From: Neocallimastix sp. 'constans'
Lineage: Eukaryota
Length of the DNA stretch: 52,403 nucleotides
Reading direction: 5' to 3'
Assembly (NCBI GenBank): GCA_050613775.1
Contig: JBODTK010000014.1
Location: forward strand, 1,488,001-1,540,403
Shown here: piece after piece, positions 24,891-38,563 of the stretch
Layout of the letters: every line of letters starts with the position of its first letter
Numbering within the stretch: position 1 is the stretch's first letter
Position numbers and translations under genes: made by a program
Notes under the pieces: model-generated
What the model was told of the DNA's origin: nothing
Databases searched by the model: none
What the model saw: the letters and a program-made list of their open reading frames with translations, nothing else

Positions 24891-25570
24891 TAATTTAGAT
24901 AAATTTAGATTAATATATAATTATATCTATTTATTTATTTTCTTAAATAAATAAATAGATAAATAGATAAATAGATAGATAAATAAATAGATAAATAAAT
25001 AATAAATAAATAAATTCTATATTAATAAATTTTTATAAAATATTACAATAAAATAAAAATAAAAAACATACATAAATTTAAATCAATTCAATATATATTC
25101 AATATATATTTTTTCAAAAAAAAAAATTTTTTTTTTCTTACACACTTTTTTTTATCAAAGAACAGTCATCTTTAATAAAGTTAGAGAATAAAAAAAAAAA
25201 TAAATAAAATAATCAATTTAGTAGTATTTTAATAACAATAAATTAAATAATTTTATAATAAATCAAAAAAGTTTGTATTTACTAAATTAATAGTAACAAT
25301 ATGTTAATATTATTTATTTATTTATTTATTTATATAATTCATTTCATGAAATTTGAAATTTAAAATGGATAATAAATATTTAAAATTTTGAATTTTATAA
25401 TAAATTAAGAAATCTTAATAATAATAAATTTTCATAATAATAATAATTAAAATATTTTAATATATTATAATCAATATGATAATTGTTTGTATATAATTTA
25501 TATATATATTAATTATTTTATATTTATATTTTTATTTCAGATTATATAATAATATTTAATTGCTTAAAAC

Positions 25571-25750
25571 ATGGCTAATTCTAATACAACTAATATTGTT
25601 CCAATCGAATTATATACAATTGCTAACTATCTTCAAAAAATTATGAAAAAGAAATATGGAAATTTTAATTATAATCGGGGAATGTATTTCTATGGTAAAA
25701 ATATATTGATATAAATATATATATATTTTCTTTACATTTTATTATGAATA

Positions 25751-25785
<35 letters not shown>

Positions 25786-25906
25786 TTTTTCAATATAAAT
25801 TAATCATTTGGTTTTCTAAAAAATTTTCAATCATTAGTATATATATTATTTTTAAATATAAAATAAGCTCTTTATAAATATTTTATTTTATATTAGTATA
25901 TTTATG

Positions 25907-25946
<40 letters not shown>

Positions 25947-26306
25947 AAATAATAATAAAATAGAATAGAATAGAATAAAATAAAATAAAATAAAATAAAA
26001 TAAAACAAAATAAAAAAAAATTAATTTAAAATTTGCTAATTTATTATTGACATTTTTTAAATAATATATTAAAAATATTGTTTATATAAATTTTTAATAT
26101 TTTATATTAATATTATCAATTTTTCATTTTATCTTTATATATATGTATAATTTATAACCTACTAATATTTATTATTTTTTAAAACAAAATATATTTATAT
26201 ATTATTATCTATCTATCTATCTATCTTATCTTATCTTTCTATTTATCTCTATTTATCATTATTTTCCATAATTTATAACATTTTTTATATTATAATATTA
26301 TAATCC

Positions 26307-26337
<31 letters not shown>

Positions 26338-27009
26338 TTATTATTATTTTATTATCATTGTCAATATTATTATTATTTTATTATCGTTGTTATTCTTGTT
26401 ATTCATATATATATATTAGGTGAAGATGCTAGAAATGCTTTATTAAGATTTGAATACTTTAATTATGTTTCTTCTTTTGATTATGTAAAGAAAATAAAAA
26501 ATCCAGATCACCACTTTTTACCGGATATTGAAAGTTTTGAAGATGCTGATAGAATTCTTTCTGAATTACTTAAATATAATCTTATTCAAGCGGTAAACGT
26601 AGATGAAAAAGAAAAACGTCCAATTATCACTGCTAAACCAGATGGTAATAATAAATTTGAATTAGATCAATACTATATGTGGAACTATTTGAATGATATA
26701 GAACTACTATTAAAACTGGGATTAATTACATCAGTTATCTTATTATTATGTATCATTCATGCAATTTTAGTCACCAACGATAATTTAAGTATTCATGGTT
26801 TAGTTTTAATTTTAGTGAAAATCATTATCTTTCTATTTGGTATTGGAGGTCTCTTCCTTTTAGTACGTTTTATCATACTTGAAGTGACCAAAAAGAAGTG
26901 GAATGGTGTCGGTATTTTGATTTTACCTGATCTTTTTGCTGATTGTAGTTTCAAGGAAAGATTTATTCCATTATACCAATATACTGAAGCTAAATTAGAA
27001 AAACTTTAA
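25571..27009 (+). CDS. SEC62: Sec62-like ER translocation protein (divergent), 237 aa, 2 exons (25571-25694, 26420-27009)
   Basis: A phase-1 GT-AG intron joins ...RGMYFY-G-EDARNALL. The protein has DQYYMWNY before two TM helices and LVRFIIL...ILPDLFADCSFKERFIPLY after them. This matches the Sec62 pattern YF.G..A..AL / YYVW.Y / R.IL / PNLF.D.GF..SF.PLY. Confidence 0.75.
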
Positions 27010-27349
27010 TAAATAAAAAAAAAAAAAAAATAAAATAAAAAAAATAAAAAAAAAATAAATAAATAACAAAGATAAAAAAATAAAAATTAAACAAAAAAGA
27101 AAAAACAAAAAAAGAAAAAGAAAATTTTAAAATAATTAAAAATAAAAATAAATAAATGAGAAATTTAAAAAAAAAAAATTAAATTTAAAAGTAATATCAA
27201 TCAAACAATAAAATAATATAAAATAAAATAATGTCAAATAAAATAAAATAAAATAAAATAAAATAAAATAAAATAAAATAAAATAAAAAAAAAAAAAAAA
27301 TAAAATAAAAAAATAAGAAAATAAAAAGTAAAAAAATCAATCAAATAAA

Positions 27350-27405
<56 letters not shown>

Positions 27406-27573
27406 TAATTATAATAATAATAATAATAATAATTATATATATATATATAATGTTGTGATAATGAGGATAAGAATAAAATTAGGCAGATAGGGTTATTTAA
27501 AAAAAAAAAAAAAAAAAAAATTACTGTACATTACATTCATTTTAACTTTATTTTTTTTTTTCTTCTTCCTTTC

Positions 27574-27610
<37 letters not shown>

Positions 27611-27733
27611 TTTCTTCCTTCCCTTTTTTTAATCTACTATTATTTCTTCATTTAACTTTTATATATATACATATATATATTTTATTTTCTTTTTATATAA
27701 TTATTATTTTTATTAATAGATTAATTATTATAC

Positions 27734-27767
<34 letters not shown>

Positions 27768-28117
27768 TTTTTTTTTTTTTGTGTGTGTGTATATATAGGC
27801 TTATCATATTATATAAATAAAATGGAATTAAGGGATTTAAATTATAATGGATAATTTAATAGTGATATTACATTTTATAAAAAAAAGTATATTAAAAGTA
27901 TATTAAATTAACAATATATTTTATTATTAAAATTATTATTATTATAAAATATAAAATATAAAATTTATGATTTATTATTTAATTGTTAAAATTCTTTTAT
28001 GTTATATTATATTACTTTATATAATTTTTTTTTTTTTTTTAAATATTTTATTTTAATTTTTTGTTTTTCTTTCTAAAAATTTCTTAATTTATAGTTTAGT
28101 TTCTTTTCTTTTCCCTT

Positions 28118-29096
28118 TCAATTTGTCTTTTTCTTTAAGGTAGCTTCTTTCGTGTCAGATGCCGTTGTAGGATTCTTTTTATCTTCATGATATAATGCTA
28201 ATAGCGTAACAAGAATAAATCCTCCAAGCATGGAAAACGCTCCAAAATAGTAGGGTAAACCTTGAACTAGGAAACGTGGAAATTCATTGTAGTGAAGTGG
28301 ATGAATGGCAATAACATAGGATTCTAAAAGCCAGGATAAACCGTAACGACGATAGTCTACCTTAAAGGTAAACACACCACAATGATCTGGAACCATTAAA
28401 TCAATGGCAAAAGTAGAAGAAGTTGGATTGGTAGGAGGCATTTGTTTTAAGGTGGTTCTAATGTAAGGATCAAGCATAATTAATTCCAATTGAACATCAG
28501 TGGCATTAAATGGTTGCCATTGACCATTATTATATTCAGAAATTTCAATTTCATAATGCTTATATATAATTTATAATTTTTTTTTTTTTTTTTTTTTAAT
28601 ATTATATTTTCAATATGTTATAATGGGTAAAATATATATATATATATAATATAAAGAAAATTATAAAATATATTTATGTATATATTTTATAAAATTGAAT
28701 TAACAAATAATTAAATAATTAATAAGTAAATGTTTCATATTAATTGATTACATATCTATATATCTATATTTATATATATATATATATATATTTAAAATAT
28801 GAAGAAATATTATTTTTCATTTTCATATTATATATATAATTCAGAAAAAATAAAACAAAGAAAAATAAAATAATTTTTTTTTTTTTTTTTTTTTTTTTTT
28901 TGATAGATTACAATTTCATTTTTGATCGTATAATATTCCGGTCTTTCAGTTTCATTAATTTTATGATGCTTTGAGGAGATGACCTTTAAAACTTTCTTTT
29001 CTTGGAAATTCCATTTAGTAATATTTGTAATGAAATCTAAATTTCCAGATTTATCATAACTATAATTTTTTTTTTTTTTTTTTTTAATAATAATAT

Positions 29097-29140
<44 letters not shown>

Positions 29141-30684
29141 AAATATATAGAGTAAAAGTGAATACATATAAAAATTCATAATATATATAAAAATATAAAT
29201 AAAAAACAAAAAAAAAATGTTTAATCATTTTTTAATTAATTGAAGATTATTTTTATTATAGTTAGTGTATATATATAAAAAAAAAAAAAAACATACTTAC
29301 GTTTTATCATTAAGCTTAACAGGTGATTCAATAAATCTAATAATATAAATAAACATTTTTTTTTTTTGATAATAAATAATTTTTTAACAATTATAAATAA
29401 TAATAATAATTTTAATTAGTATTTATTTTTTTATTTTTTTTTTTTTTCTTGAAAAAAAAAAAAAAAAAAAAAGGTAAAAGGAAAACTAACTTATCAGTAA
29501 ACATTTTATTAGAACCGGTCATAACAATTCTAGAATTATTGATAGCTTGTAGTGTATGAACTAAAATTATATTATTACCAGTGACTAATGGTGCCTTTGT
29601 GACAGCAGTTTCATCCCAAGAGTAAGCAGCTGGACCAGCAACTAAGACTGGCTTAGCATATGGATTCTTACCATTCGATTTGATGGCAGTACCAGAGTAT
29701 AGGACTGGTGCTTCAAGTTTATCTAATGAAATAGGATAGTCTAATTCTTCAATTGCAAGAACATTTGGAGTGGTCCCGTTGTGAGCAAAATTATCAATGA
29801 CATTAAAGCCAGATTCATCAACAGTAGCACCAAATTCATATAATAAATCTTCAATTGCATTTCCAGTGTTTTCATTGGCAGTAAGTAAAATGTTACCACC
29901 TTTATCAATAAAATTAATGAATTGTTTGGCATTGACATCATTTTCATAGTCTTCACAAATATTAAAATATGAATTTAAATTTTTTAAGTATAACAAAATA
30001 AATTTTTAATATTGAAATTTCATTAAAAAAACGTAATAAATTAATATTGAATTTTTTTTTTTACTTTATTTTTTTTTTTTTTTTTTTATATTATATATAT
30101 ATATATATATAAAAATTTATAAACGTACAATGAGTTTCTGGTGCTAATAATATTAAATGATCATATAAACTTTCTTCATATTTAATAATTTCAAGATTTT
30201 TTTCGTCAGTAGCAGAAACGTAGGTAAGATCAAATCCTCTGTCTAATTATTATATACAGTAATACATTTCATATTTTATAATTATTATATATATATATTT
30301 ATAAAAAAAAAAATAAATAAAATAAAATATTTATTATTTATTAATAATATAAATAAACAATATTCACTATAGTATTTTATTCTATTATCTATTTTGATGT
30401 ATTATTTTATTTTTAGTAACTATTTAATTATTATTATTATTATCATTACTATTATTTAAATATATTAAATTAATATAATATTCTGTTATTAAATATTATT
30501 ATAAATTTATTATATAAACTCTTATTATTATACCTTCAAGACTTTTGAAAAAGATAGAATAATTTTTTTTTTCTTCTAATTTATCTAATATGACTAAAAT
30601 TCTATCTCCTTTTAAGGAATTTGATTTTGCAAAAATAAGAAATGCGAATTGTAATATTAAAGTAAATAGAAATAAAGTTTTCAT
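28118..30684 (-). CDS. WBP1: Oligosaccharyltransferase subunit Wbp1/OST48 (DDOST), 449 aa, 6 exons (30684-30534, 30242-30129, 29950-29491, 29336-29301, 29059-28912, 28558-28118)
   Basis: Motifs: signal peptide, YSIFFKSLEDRGFDL, YDHLILLAP, FIDKGGNILL, LQAINNSRIVMTGS, KSGN...KWNFQEK, DVQLELIMLDPYIR, PDHCGVFTFKVDYRRYG, a C-terminal TM and a KKTN ER-retrieval signal. Exon lengths sum to 1350 nt in frame. Confidence 0.95.
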
Positions 30685-30879
30685 GTTGACAAATCTTTTT
30701 TATTTTCTCTTATATTTAAAAAATGATAATTAAATTAAAATGCTTCAATATGATTTTCTTTTTAAATTATTTCTATAAGCTCCCTTTTATTTATTTAAGT
30801 GTATTTTCCTTTGGTTAGAATGGATTATCTTTTTTTAATTAGTACCTTTATTATCCTTGAATTTATTGTTTTTATTTCT

Positions 30880-30916
<37 letters not shown>

Positions 30917-31727
30917 GATATAAAAAAATATATATATATTCCTTTGGGTAAAAAAAAAATAAATAAATAGTAAAATAATAATTATATTTATATTTTTCAA
31001 TATACAAATATAAATAATAATTTTTTTTTTTTTTAAAAAAAAAAAAGGAAATGTAAAGTAAAAATTTAAAATAAAAACTAAATATATTTCTCTATTTTCT
31101 ATTAAAACTTGTATTAAAAAAAAATAAAATTAAATTAAATTAAATTAAACTATTTAACTTCTTTTTCTATATTATACTTCTATTTATTTTTTTATTATTA
31201 TTATTTTTTTTTTCAATTATTTAGTTTCATTTAATTTAATTTTATTTTTTACTTTTTTTTTTTCCTTTATTTTTTTTTTTTTCTTTTTAAATTTTACTTT
31301 CTTTAATTATAATAAAAAAATATATATTATTAAAAAAATAATTTAGAATATATAAATTTTATTAAATATTAATAAATATTAATAATAATTAAAAGATTTT
31401 TTATTTTTATTTTTATTTATTTTTATTGGACTAAATATATAATTAAATTTTTAATAAAATATAATAAAATATGCTTATATCTAAAGTTTTGATTTTTTTA
31501 AAAAAAAAAAAAAAAATGAAATTTTGGATTTAAATAAACTTAATGATTTAAAGACAAATGATTTTAATTGTTAAATTTATTTATATTTTTATAATAAATG
31601 ATATTATATTATGTATTGAAATAATTAAAAAATTAAAATAAAAAAAAAATAAATAAATAAAAATAAAAAAAATATAAAAAATAAAATTAAATAAATATAA
31701 AAATAAAAAGCAATAAATAATAAAAAT

Positions 31728-31760
<33 letters not shown>

Positions 31761-32592
31761 AATTACAAAGTTTTAATAACAAAGTTGAAGAGAAGAAATT
31801 ATTAAATCAATAGAAAATGAAATAAATTATGTTAATATGTTCAATCGTTTATTATTAAGAGATATCTCTTGCTTTAGTTTAATAACTAATAAAACTATAT
31901 CCTTTAACTCAAGATATAAAACATTCATTGTATTTCTTTAATAGGCAAAACAAGATCTTGAAATAATAATAATGGATGAAATTGTAAAAAAAAAATTAGA
32001 AAGTTATCGTACTTTTCGAAATATTTTTGAAAGATAAATCCTACATATTTAAATAAATTTCAAAAAAACTATTTATTGCCATTCTATTTTTTAATATTAG
32101 TTGATATTTCTTGAATTCTATGAACAGTTTTATAAATAATTGAAAATGAAAATGAAAATGAATATATATTTAATTCTTTTTCTTTTTTCTTTATCGTCGA
32201 GAATGTTTTTTTATTTTTATTTTTATTTTTATTTTTATTTTTATTTTTATTTTTATTTTTATTTTTATTTTTATTTTTATTTTTATTTTTTTTTTATTTT
32301 TTTTTTTTTTTTTCTTAGATGTTACTGATAGACTTCTTCTGTTAATGATGAAAGGGAAAAAGGTCAACAAAGGTCATAATTTAACCCCTGAGAAAAAAAA
32401 ATAATAATAATTTTATCAGATTACTTGTAATCCAAGTAATACATTTTATTTATTATTATCATCATATTCTCTTACTTTTTTTTTTTACTTTATCAAATAT
32501 TATGACTACCAAAACTAAAAAAATTAATTGTATCAATTAATAATCAAATGAAGATAAAATTACTATCACAAACAATTAACAAGGTTTTTACT

Positions 32593-32634
<42 letters not shown>

Positions 32635-32911
32635 AAAAAAAAATAAATATAAAATTATTAATATAACTGACATTATATTATTAAATATTTACTTATTATT
32701 GAATTATTACTTAGTAATTTACACCTTTTTATGTAATATATTAATTTATTTTCTTAATTTATAATATAACTTATTTATACCCACAACAACACCATTTAAT
32801 TTATATAAAAAAAATATTTAGTTAAAGATATTTTTATATTAAAATTTTAATTGCAAATTTAAATTTATTTATTTATTTTTTTAATTATTATTATTATTAC
32901 TTTTTTTCTTT

Positions 32912-32981
<70 letters not shown>

Positions 32982-33496
32982 TTTTTATAATGAATATATT
33001 AAAAAGTAAAAAACATTTATTTTATAAATTTTATAAAATTTATTTCTGTTAATACTTTATATATTTATACTTTTATATTTTTCTAAATGTATTTATGCTG
33101 ATATTTTATATATTCAATAATTATATATTTATAATTATTATTTATATATTATCTATTTTATTAAGAATTTTTAAATTATTTCGTTCATTGTTTGTTTGAA
33201 TTAAGGTCTATATATATATATATATATTTTTCTCTCTCTTTATTTTCAATTCAAATTAAATAATCGAATATTAATTGAAATTTTAGAGTTTATTCGAAGG
33301 AAAAACTTAATTATTGAATATTTCTTTTATATTTTATTTTAAAAATACCAAAATCCATAATATAAAAAAGTTTACGCATTTTTTTATGTTTATTTAATTA
33401 AATATATAAAATTTCGGGGAAAAAAAAAATAATTGAATGATAAAAATATATATATATTTATAAATAATTATGATTTGAAATTCATTATTAAATTGT

Positions 33497-33940
33497 TTAA
33501 TTTTCTTTGAGTTGTTCTTCAGTTTCTTCTTTAATTGTTTGGTTTTCCTTTTGAGCATCTTCATATTGTTTTAACATAGCATCTAAAGAAGCATTAACCT
33601 TATCGAATTTAGCTTCTAAAATATCTAAAAGAGCACTAGTTTCATCCATTTGCTATTATATTATATAATATTAATAGAAATCATAATAATAAAAAATATA
33701 AAATATAAAATAAATTTAAAATAAATAAATAAATAAATAATTTCTTTACATTATTTTTTTTAAACCTTAAAATATTATTATTTAAAATAAATATTTTTTT
33801 TTTTTTTTTACTTTGTAATGACATACCTTATTCATAGAAGCAATATCTAATCTTCCATTGGCATCATCAAAGTTTTCGACCTTTTTAATATCTTCTTGGA
33901 GCTTTTTAACCATAGCATCAATACTCATTTCGTTGGCCAT
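33497..33940 (-). CDS. Small coiled-coil protein, 89 aa, 2 exons (33940-33827, 33652-33497); bublin/UPF0184-like
   Basis: MANEMSIDAMVKKLQEDIKKVENFDDANGRLDIASMNK|QMDETSALLDILEAKFDKVNASLDAMLKQYEDAQKENQTIKEETEEQLKEN* with a GTATGT...TAG phase-0 intron and coding-like composition. It is not in the ORF track. The family call is tentative. Confidence 0.8.
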
Positions 33941-34619
33941 TTTTTTTTTATTTTATTATTTCTTTTTTATTTAAACTAATTAAAGAAGAATTTTATTTTA
34001 TTTTATTTTTATTAATTATTTTACCTTTTTTGTTAAAAAAAAAAAAAAAAAAAAAGAAAAAGAAAAGAAAGCTGTCAATAAGTATTTATTTTATATTTTA
34101 TTTTTTTTTTTTATATAATTTAATTGTTAATAAATTTTAATTAATAATATTATTTTTTATAATGATATAATTTAATATATATTTATTTATTTATTTATTT
34201 ATTTTTTGTTTATTAATATTATTTATTATTTATTAATTTCCCCTTAACCCTTTCCATTTTTAATTAAAAAAAATAAAGAGCAATTGTATTTTTAATATAT
34301 AACAATATATAATATTTATATTAAAAAACTTCAAATAGAATGATGATTGGATAATAATTAAATTAATAATATATTATATGTATATTATCAACATATTATT
34401 AATCCATTGTAGAAAATAATTTTATTTTAAAAATTAAATAAATAAATAAATAGATAGATAAATAGATAAATTAATAATATAAAATAAATAAATATATATA
34501 TCTTTGATAAACTAAAATTTTTAATAATCACAAGTTAAATAATAAAAATTAAATAATAAAGTTTTATAATAAAATCAAAAACAAAAAAAAAAATAAAGGA
34601 AAAATTATTACTATTTTTA

Positions 34620-35270
34620 ATTAATTTGTGGCTTGAGAAATAATAAGAGTTTTCGTCAACCATACCATTATTACCTGCCTGAGAGAGGAATTTCCTTACT
34701 TGTCCTCAGTAGCTAGAATCTCTTGTAACCCTTCAGGATATTTTTCCTTAAACTTCATATCAATACCACTTACTTTTTACATTAGCCTTATCTAATTACT
34801 TTATATAAAAATATATATATATTTTATATTTTCATTTATACATATATACATATATATATTTTCATAAAAGTATATGAATATTATATATATTATTTATTTT
34901 TGTCATTACATATATGACAAAAAACTATTTTGACATTGTCTATCTTTATATAATAGATAGACAATGTCAATGTCAGCATATATATTTTATTAAATAATCA
35001 ATAAAATGATATAAAATTATATTTAAATATTTAATTTTTCATGAAAAAGAAATGATTACAAAAACTAATTGATAAAACTAAAAATCTCTTTAAATATACT
35101 TTTTAAAATAGGCTTACGCTATCTTTAAGAATTATCCCGGAAACCGTAAATGTTCATGGTATTTCAAAAATCAAAAATTTTTTAAGAATACCATAAGCAT
35201 TTATAGTTACCTTGGATAATTATTGAAGAATATCCATTCTTTGATTCAATGAGAAATCCTAATGATTAAC
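34620..35270 (-). pseudogene. Probable decayed gene fragments of unknown origin
   Basis: Two GC-richer islands (34620-34790, 35118-35270) are joined by GTAAGC...TAG-like sites. The frame DKANVKVSGIDMKFKEKYPEGLQEILATE shifts into GQVRKFLSQAGNGMVDENSYYF. The second island has stops in all frames. Confidence 0.35.
34930..34970. repeat. Perfect inverted repeat, 16-bp arms and 9-nt spacer
   Basis: TTGACATTGTCTATCT-ttatataat-AGATAGACAATGTCAA. Confidence 0.9.
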
Positions 35271-35676
35271 ATAATACAATAATTATATATTATACTTAAT
35301 GGTACACTATATATTTATAATATTTTCTTTTTCATGTACAATATATAAAATATATCAGTATATATATATATATATATTTTCTTTATAATTAACAAATAAT
35401 ATTTTTACTAAAATACTATTAGTAACATAAAATTTGTATTAATTTTAAATAATTAGAAAACGAATAAATTCGTTGAAAAACAAAATTTTTATATTATTTA
35501 AAAATGAAATTATTCTACTTATTATATTATATTTTATTTTATAATATTATTTTTTTATTTTATTTCATTTTATTTTATTATATGTTATTGTGATTATGTT
35601 ATATTTCATAATATTATTTTTTATTTTATTTTATTTTATTTTTGATTTTTATTTCATTTTATATATATAAATATTT

Positions 35677-35710
<34 letters not shown>

Positions 35711-36341
35711 TTTAAACGATGAATTAATGTTTATTTTTCTATAAATATTTAATTTATAAAGATGTTTTTCTATTGATTAATATTTTTTTTTTTTTAAAAT
35801 ATAAATTAGTATTATTTTTTTTTTTTAAAGTAAAACAAAAACCTATTTTACTGATACAGTTATATAATATTATTTAAATATGATAATAAATATTACGATA
35901 TATAATTTATTTTCATATTTAATTTTTAAACTTTTTTTTTTTTTAAAAAAAAAAAAAAATTAAAAAAAAAAAATAAAATAAAAATAAAATAATAATAATA
36001 ATAATAATAATAAATTATAATAAATTAATAAATAATTTAAAAAGTAATTATATGCTTTAAAAAGAAAAAAAAATATATATATTTATATCTATATAAATAA
36101 AAATATATATAAATATAAATTATAAAAACAAAAATACAAAATTATATATTGATAATAGTATATAAATATATATATCTATATATATTAAAAAACTAATAAC
36201 TGATAAAAAATATTTTATATATATATGCTTTTTTTTTTTTTTTTTTTGTTTTTGTTTTTGTTTTTTTTTTTGTGTTTTAGTTTTTGTTTTTATTGTTATT
36301 ATTGATGGTTTTATTGTATTATATTATTTCAATAATTTCTA

Positions 36342-38071
36342 TTATGATAGGTTACCATTTGATTTGATAAGTAATAAACTATTATTTGAAGAACGTCTTG
36401 ATTTACTTGATGATTTTTCTATTTGAATAATATTTTTTATATATTATGTATAAAGAGGTATAAAAATAGGTTGATTATTAAATTTAAAATTTTTAATTGA
36501 TTTTTAATTATGAAAAAACAATCATTTATTAAATATATATATATATATAAACTTACGGAGCAATAGATTATCTACTGAACTACTATTTTTTGTTCTATTT
36601 CAAAAAAACAAAATAAATAAAATATATTCATATTAGTATACTAATTTTTAATTTTTTTTTTTTTAATTTTCTTTTTGTTTTATTTTTTAATTATTCTTTT
36701 TTTTTTTTTTTATTTGATTTTTGTTTTATTTTTTAATATAATTATTATCTTTTTTTATTTTATTTTATTTTATTTTATTTTATTTTATTTTTATTTTTGT
36801 TTTTTTTATTTTATTTTGTTTCATTTTTATTTTTTATTTTTTATTTCTTATATGTGTTTTATTTTATTTTATTTTATTTTATTTTATTTTATTTTATTTT
36901 ATTTTTTTTTTATTTTGATTAAATGTTTATGTTGAATCTTAAATTAAAAATCATAATATATTATTTACCTAAATATCTTTTTAAGCCAATGTTTCATACT
37001 ACTATTATCCTCTGATAGATAAATAAGTTGTTTTAATTCTAAAAATCCGTTATATACACCCTTTAATTTAAAATATATATATATATTTATAATTTATAAA
37101 TAAATTTATAATTTTTTATTGATAATAAAAAAAAATTTTTTTTTTGTATGTTAATATTATTAAAATTTAATTATTTAATGTTAAAACTATTATTTTTATT
37201 ATTAATTTTTAATTTTTGTTTGCTTATTTTATTTTTTGCTTTAGATTATACATACTTCACATTCTTCTTTTGGCATTATATTTGTTTTAGATTCAATTTC
37301 TTTTTCCAGTAAATGAATATTTTTAGATAAAAAATTCATTATATCCTTTACTTCTGCTTCATAGTCCTTTTTTATTTCAGTTGGATTAATACTATTTTTT
37401 GAAGAGTCAAAGTCGGTAGAAACCCGTTTTATCCTCATAGATCCTACTTTAAGATTTTGTTTATGAAAAATAGATCCTTTTGAACCTACTATATAGTCCT
37501 TACTTTTTGCCGTTTTTTCTTTTGGTGATAAATGACCAAAACTAGAACTGATTGAATCATTATTTAAGATGGGCATGGAACTGTAATTAAATCCATCCTC
37601 ATAATTAGTTTTTTTACGATAACTACCCTTCTTTTTTGATGAAAATATTGAATCGCTTTTAGGTTTACTTTTTTCTTCCTTGAAAAGTTTCTCTGAAGAG
37701 GTATTGGGCTCTATAATATTTAAACTTGAATATGATGAATTTTCAGAATTATATTCATTCTTATTTTTATCTTTTCTATTCGATATTGTATCATAATCAT
37801 ATTCTTTTTTAGATTTCGGTGATAAAAGTAATGAATTAGGATTGATATCATTTCCAACTATGACATTAATTGGACTAATTACACCATTTTCATTCTTTTT
37901 TTTTTTTTTTTTTTTTTTTTTAATTAGTTAATTATTTATTTATATAAAGATATTTAACATTAGTTATAGATATAATTATTTTTTTTTAATAATATAAAAA
38001 AGAAAAATATATATTATTAATAAGATATAATAAAAAACTTGGATATTGATAAAAAAAATTTTATTTTTATT

Positions 38072-38127
<56 letters not shown>

Positions 38128-38526
38128 TAATAAAAATGTAATTTATTTAATTTATGTATTATATTTTTTATTACTTCATTATATTGCATAGCCCATTGTA
38201 AAAATTCTTTTGTTTCTTCTCTGTGAACTTGAAGAAATGGATTTAAATATTCCATATATTTTTCTTTTCCACCAAAATTGACATTATTACATAGTGCTGA
38301 TAATACTTTACCACAAATAATTAGACTTTTTCTTTCAGTGACAGTAATTTTATTACTTGTTAAACCAAAATTTTCAGGAGAAGTAATAGCTATATAAATA
38401 AAATTTATTATAATTTATTAATTATTATTAATTATTAATTATTATTATTAATTAATTAATTAATTAATTAATTAATTAATTATTATTATTATTATTATTA
38501 ATTATTATTATTATTATTATTATTTA

Positions 38527-38563
<37 letters not shown>

